Source: Botryllus schlosseri (taxonomy: Eukaryota). From it: 64,000 nt of DNA. Positions 61,003-64,000 of the stretch are shown here, in pieces. The position numbers and the translations under genes are program-made. Positions within the stretch are counted from its first letter, which is position 1. Each line of letters opens with the position of its first letter. Below the pieces are notes generated by a model. The model searched no databases, was not told where the DNA came from, and saw nothing but the letters and a program-made list of their open reading frames with translations. The stretch lies in the NCBI GenBank assembly GCA_051294905.1, contig CM119380.1, positions 1,860,001-1,924,000 of the forward strand. Reading direction: 5' to 3'.

Positions 61003-63113
61003 ATGTCAGAGCTTTACGGTACCAGAAGCTGGAAAGATGATTCTCGACCTGATATAAGCCTACATACTGGAAGCACTGTGTACTTGTCCGCATATTATTT
61101 CGACAATGATTCACTATCATACTCTTCCTGTTTTCCTAATAAAGCCTGTTTTCCTAATAAAGAAGACACAATACTTGAGGGTACTGTGGAAAGCGTGTAT
61201 TCCAATTCAGCAAAGGTTCGGTTTAAAATTGATAACGAAGTCACGTCCATCCCAAAGAAATATTTGATGCTTACTGTTCCTGACAGCAGACGTAATTTCA
61301 TCATAAATTCTGCTGGGAGAAGTGACGATGAACTTGTCTCTGATTCCGAGTTAAATGACCCAGATTATGACTACCAAAAAGAACTGAAAGCTTCTAAAAG
61401 TAAAAACTCAACAGCATACTTGGATTCCGATGTTGAAAATGATGACAATTCAGAAACTTTGTCGGCCTCAGTCTGCAATTTGATTTTAAATGAGGAAGTT
61501 ATTTTGACAAATGACAGTTTCGAGTTGTTCAAGGCCAAGTTTAATGAAAATTGTTCTGAAAGATGTGCAAGATTTGTGGTGACGAAGGTTTTCAAGAAAG
61601 CTCTATTGTGGAAGGAGTTTGATAGTGATATACATGTGGAGGGGTCTTTTCTGAAGTGGAAATTAACAGATAACCGGAGATTGAACAATAACACAATAAA
61701 TGATATTAATGCAGAATGCTCTACTAAGTATGAATTCGCAAATGCTCTTCCTGAAAAACAAAGAAAAAGGAATCCTGCAAAATGGGTACGAACTACGCAG
61801 AAGATCGCTCGCCCGAGAGGACAGTCATATGAATACATGTCGAAAACGAAAGGCAAAAGTATCATGCCCAAACGGGTTATGGGACCATCCTGCAAATGCA
61901 GAGATAATTGCTCATCACGATTGACGGATCAAGAACGTATGAAAGTTTTTGAGGAATTTTGGCAACTCGAATCGCAGAGCCAGAAGCGACTTTTCATAAC
62001 AAAAAATGTCAAAAGAATAAACATCGCTCGGAGGCGATCGCGAGTTTACTCTAAAAGTAAGAGAAATAGGACTCATTCCTACAAATACTTTCTCCAAAAA
62101 TCGTTGGACACTCAAGTGCATTCAACAGCAGTCTGTCAAACATTCTTTCTATCAACATTAGGCATCAGTAGAAAGCAAGTCCGAACGGCAATGTTAAAGG
62201 AAAATGGATCCGGGTCAATTGAGCCAGACCAACGTGGGAAAAGCAATACTCATACCACCCTGAGCAGCGAAAAGGTTCTTAATGTGATTAACCATATAGA
62301 GTCATTCAAGACAGTAGAGAGTCATTATGTACGGAAAGGTACCGGCTGTCAGTATCTACCTGTTACACTAGACGTAGCATCCATGCATAGAATGAATTTA
62401 CTGTTTTGCAATCAGAAAGGGGTTGAAAGTCCCGTGTTGTATGAGACATACAGAACAATTTTCAACCATCTTTAATATCAAATTCCAAAGACCTTCCAAG
62501 GATCGCTGTGACACGTGTGATGCATGGGACAATTGCAGATTAGAAAATATTGATGTCACGAAAAGACAGGAGAAGCTGCTGCATGACAGGGAGAAACTTA
62601 TGAGCCGACAATATAAGACACAGATCAAAGAAAGTGCCAAACACACGGTCGGAATGCATGCAGCAGCATTCGATTTTCAAAAAACTCTTCTAACGCCTGC
62701 TGCAAGCTCATCATCCTTCTATTACAGCCAGCGACTTCGATGCTATAATCTGACTAACAGAAATCAGCGATTTAAATGATGTGAAGTGCTACTTGTGGAG
62801 TGAGCAAGATGCGAAAAAAAGGCTCAAACGAAGTTGCATCATGTCTCCTTTTATATTTGACAGAACTTTCTCAGTCGGGAATCAAAGAAGTGTTTCTAGT
62901 CGGGAATCAAAGAAGTGCTGGTCAGAATTGTAACCGCATGGTGTACATTATGCTGTCTTTAGCACTTCGTTGGCTTAATTTCAGTTCCATCACCCTATCA
63001 TTTTTCATAACTGGTCACAGTCAAAATGAGAACGACTGTGCCCACTCGTTGATTGAAAGAGAGGCTAGAAGAATGCAAACTTTCACATTAGCTCAATGGG
63101 AATCGGTCATAAC
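61003..63113 (+). pseudogene. Sola1-like (DUF7869-type) DDE transposase, frameshifted and 3'-interrupted
   Basis: ESHY, PSKDRCDTC, AFDFQKTLLTP, FYYSQRLRCYNLT, CYLWSE..GSNEVASCL, GQNCN, GHSQNENDCAHSLIE. Confidence 0.65.
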
Positions 63114-63220
63114 TAGAGCCCGACCGATATTGGATTTCTGAGCCGATACCGATAAGACCGATATCCAGTACCTCCACCGATAACCCCGATATATTCAGCC
63201 GATATTCAAAAGATATGGAA
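63114..63220. mobile_element. Left end of a hAT MITE truncating the Sola-like ORF
   Basis: tagagcccgaccgata start with ccgata repeats; no right end in the window. Confidence 0.65.
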
Positions 63221-64000
63221 TCTAGCTCAAGGCCCATATTTAACACCTCAGAGCATTTATTTCAACAACTTTACAGCCATTGATATGCTTGAACATGAAA
63301 AAAATGATCTAGGGGCTATAAAAATATATCAAAAGCACCAATCCAGCAGTTGCAGATTACAGTTCACGAAGCACAATATCTCGGCCCTTTCTGCAAGGAG
63401 TGAACTTCTGTGGTCTTCCATAAATGATGTATATAGTACTAAACCATAGTGTTCTAAGGTGGTGTAGACACTACCGATCGTTCCGCTTCGTCAATTTGGA
63501 AAGGCCGTCGCCAAGATGCTATCTCTGCCGCTTGAGCACAGGGAAAAGTTGCGTTCTAATCATATCTAGGAGGTTAATTGGTTAGCGCGGTATGTTTTCT
63601 GTACGCAATTGATAATGCTGAGATACCACTTCGTAGATTAAGATGTCAAATTTTGCTGCCGGTAGGGTTTTTCAGGCAGTGCCAGCGGCATGTTATCGTG
63701 TTACATTGCAACCGTAGTACGGTATAGCCTGTCATAGCTTCCTTGGTAATGTTATCGTTATCATGCTATATGTTTTTGTGCCTGCTGTATGGAATCGACG
63801 TGAATATAGTGGGCACACAATTTCCTGTTAGCGCATTACTTTACCTTGGATGATTATTGCTGGTAGGCAAAACGTACATGAAATTCTTTGTGGTTTTCGA
63901 ACTTTTCTAGATTGAATATCAATGGCTAATATTCCAGAATATAGCGTTGAGTGGCTTTCTCCGGAACTGATTCAAGAATTACTGATGCTTGATGATGAAG

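Overview
Eukaryotic (animal, probably invertebrate; species not determinable) genomic DNA made almost entirely of nested transposable elements and tandem repeats. No host gene, rRNA, tRNA gene or CRISPR array is supported. Main components: (1) a degenerate KDZ/Zisupton-type transposase polyprotein carrying C2H2, SWIM, CxC, KDZ core, 35-aa repeats, Ulp1 SUMO protease, PHD finger and a SprT-like HExxH metalloprotease (4.7-9.1 kb); (2) a two-tier GC-rich satellite with ~1.3-1.6 kb higher-order blocks (11.4-16.1 kb); (3) a full-length I-group LINE (16689-31546, 14-bp TSD) split by five DNA-transposon insertions whose removal restores the reading frame at each junction; (4) two NOF-FB-like MULE relics, one followed by Ulp1 plus a USP deubiquitinase; (5) a hAT pair showing the exact signature of reversed-ends alternative transposition (38004-40446); (6) Gypsy, Merlin, an 8.7-kb hAT containing an EnSpm-like relic, V-type SINEs, a Kolobok-type MITE and a Sola1-like transposase. 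TIR and TSD calls were read directly from the sequence. Protein family calls rest on recognised motifs, not on database searches.
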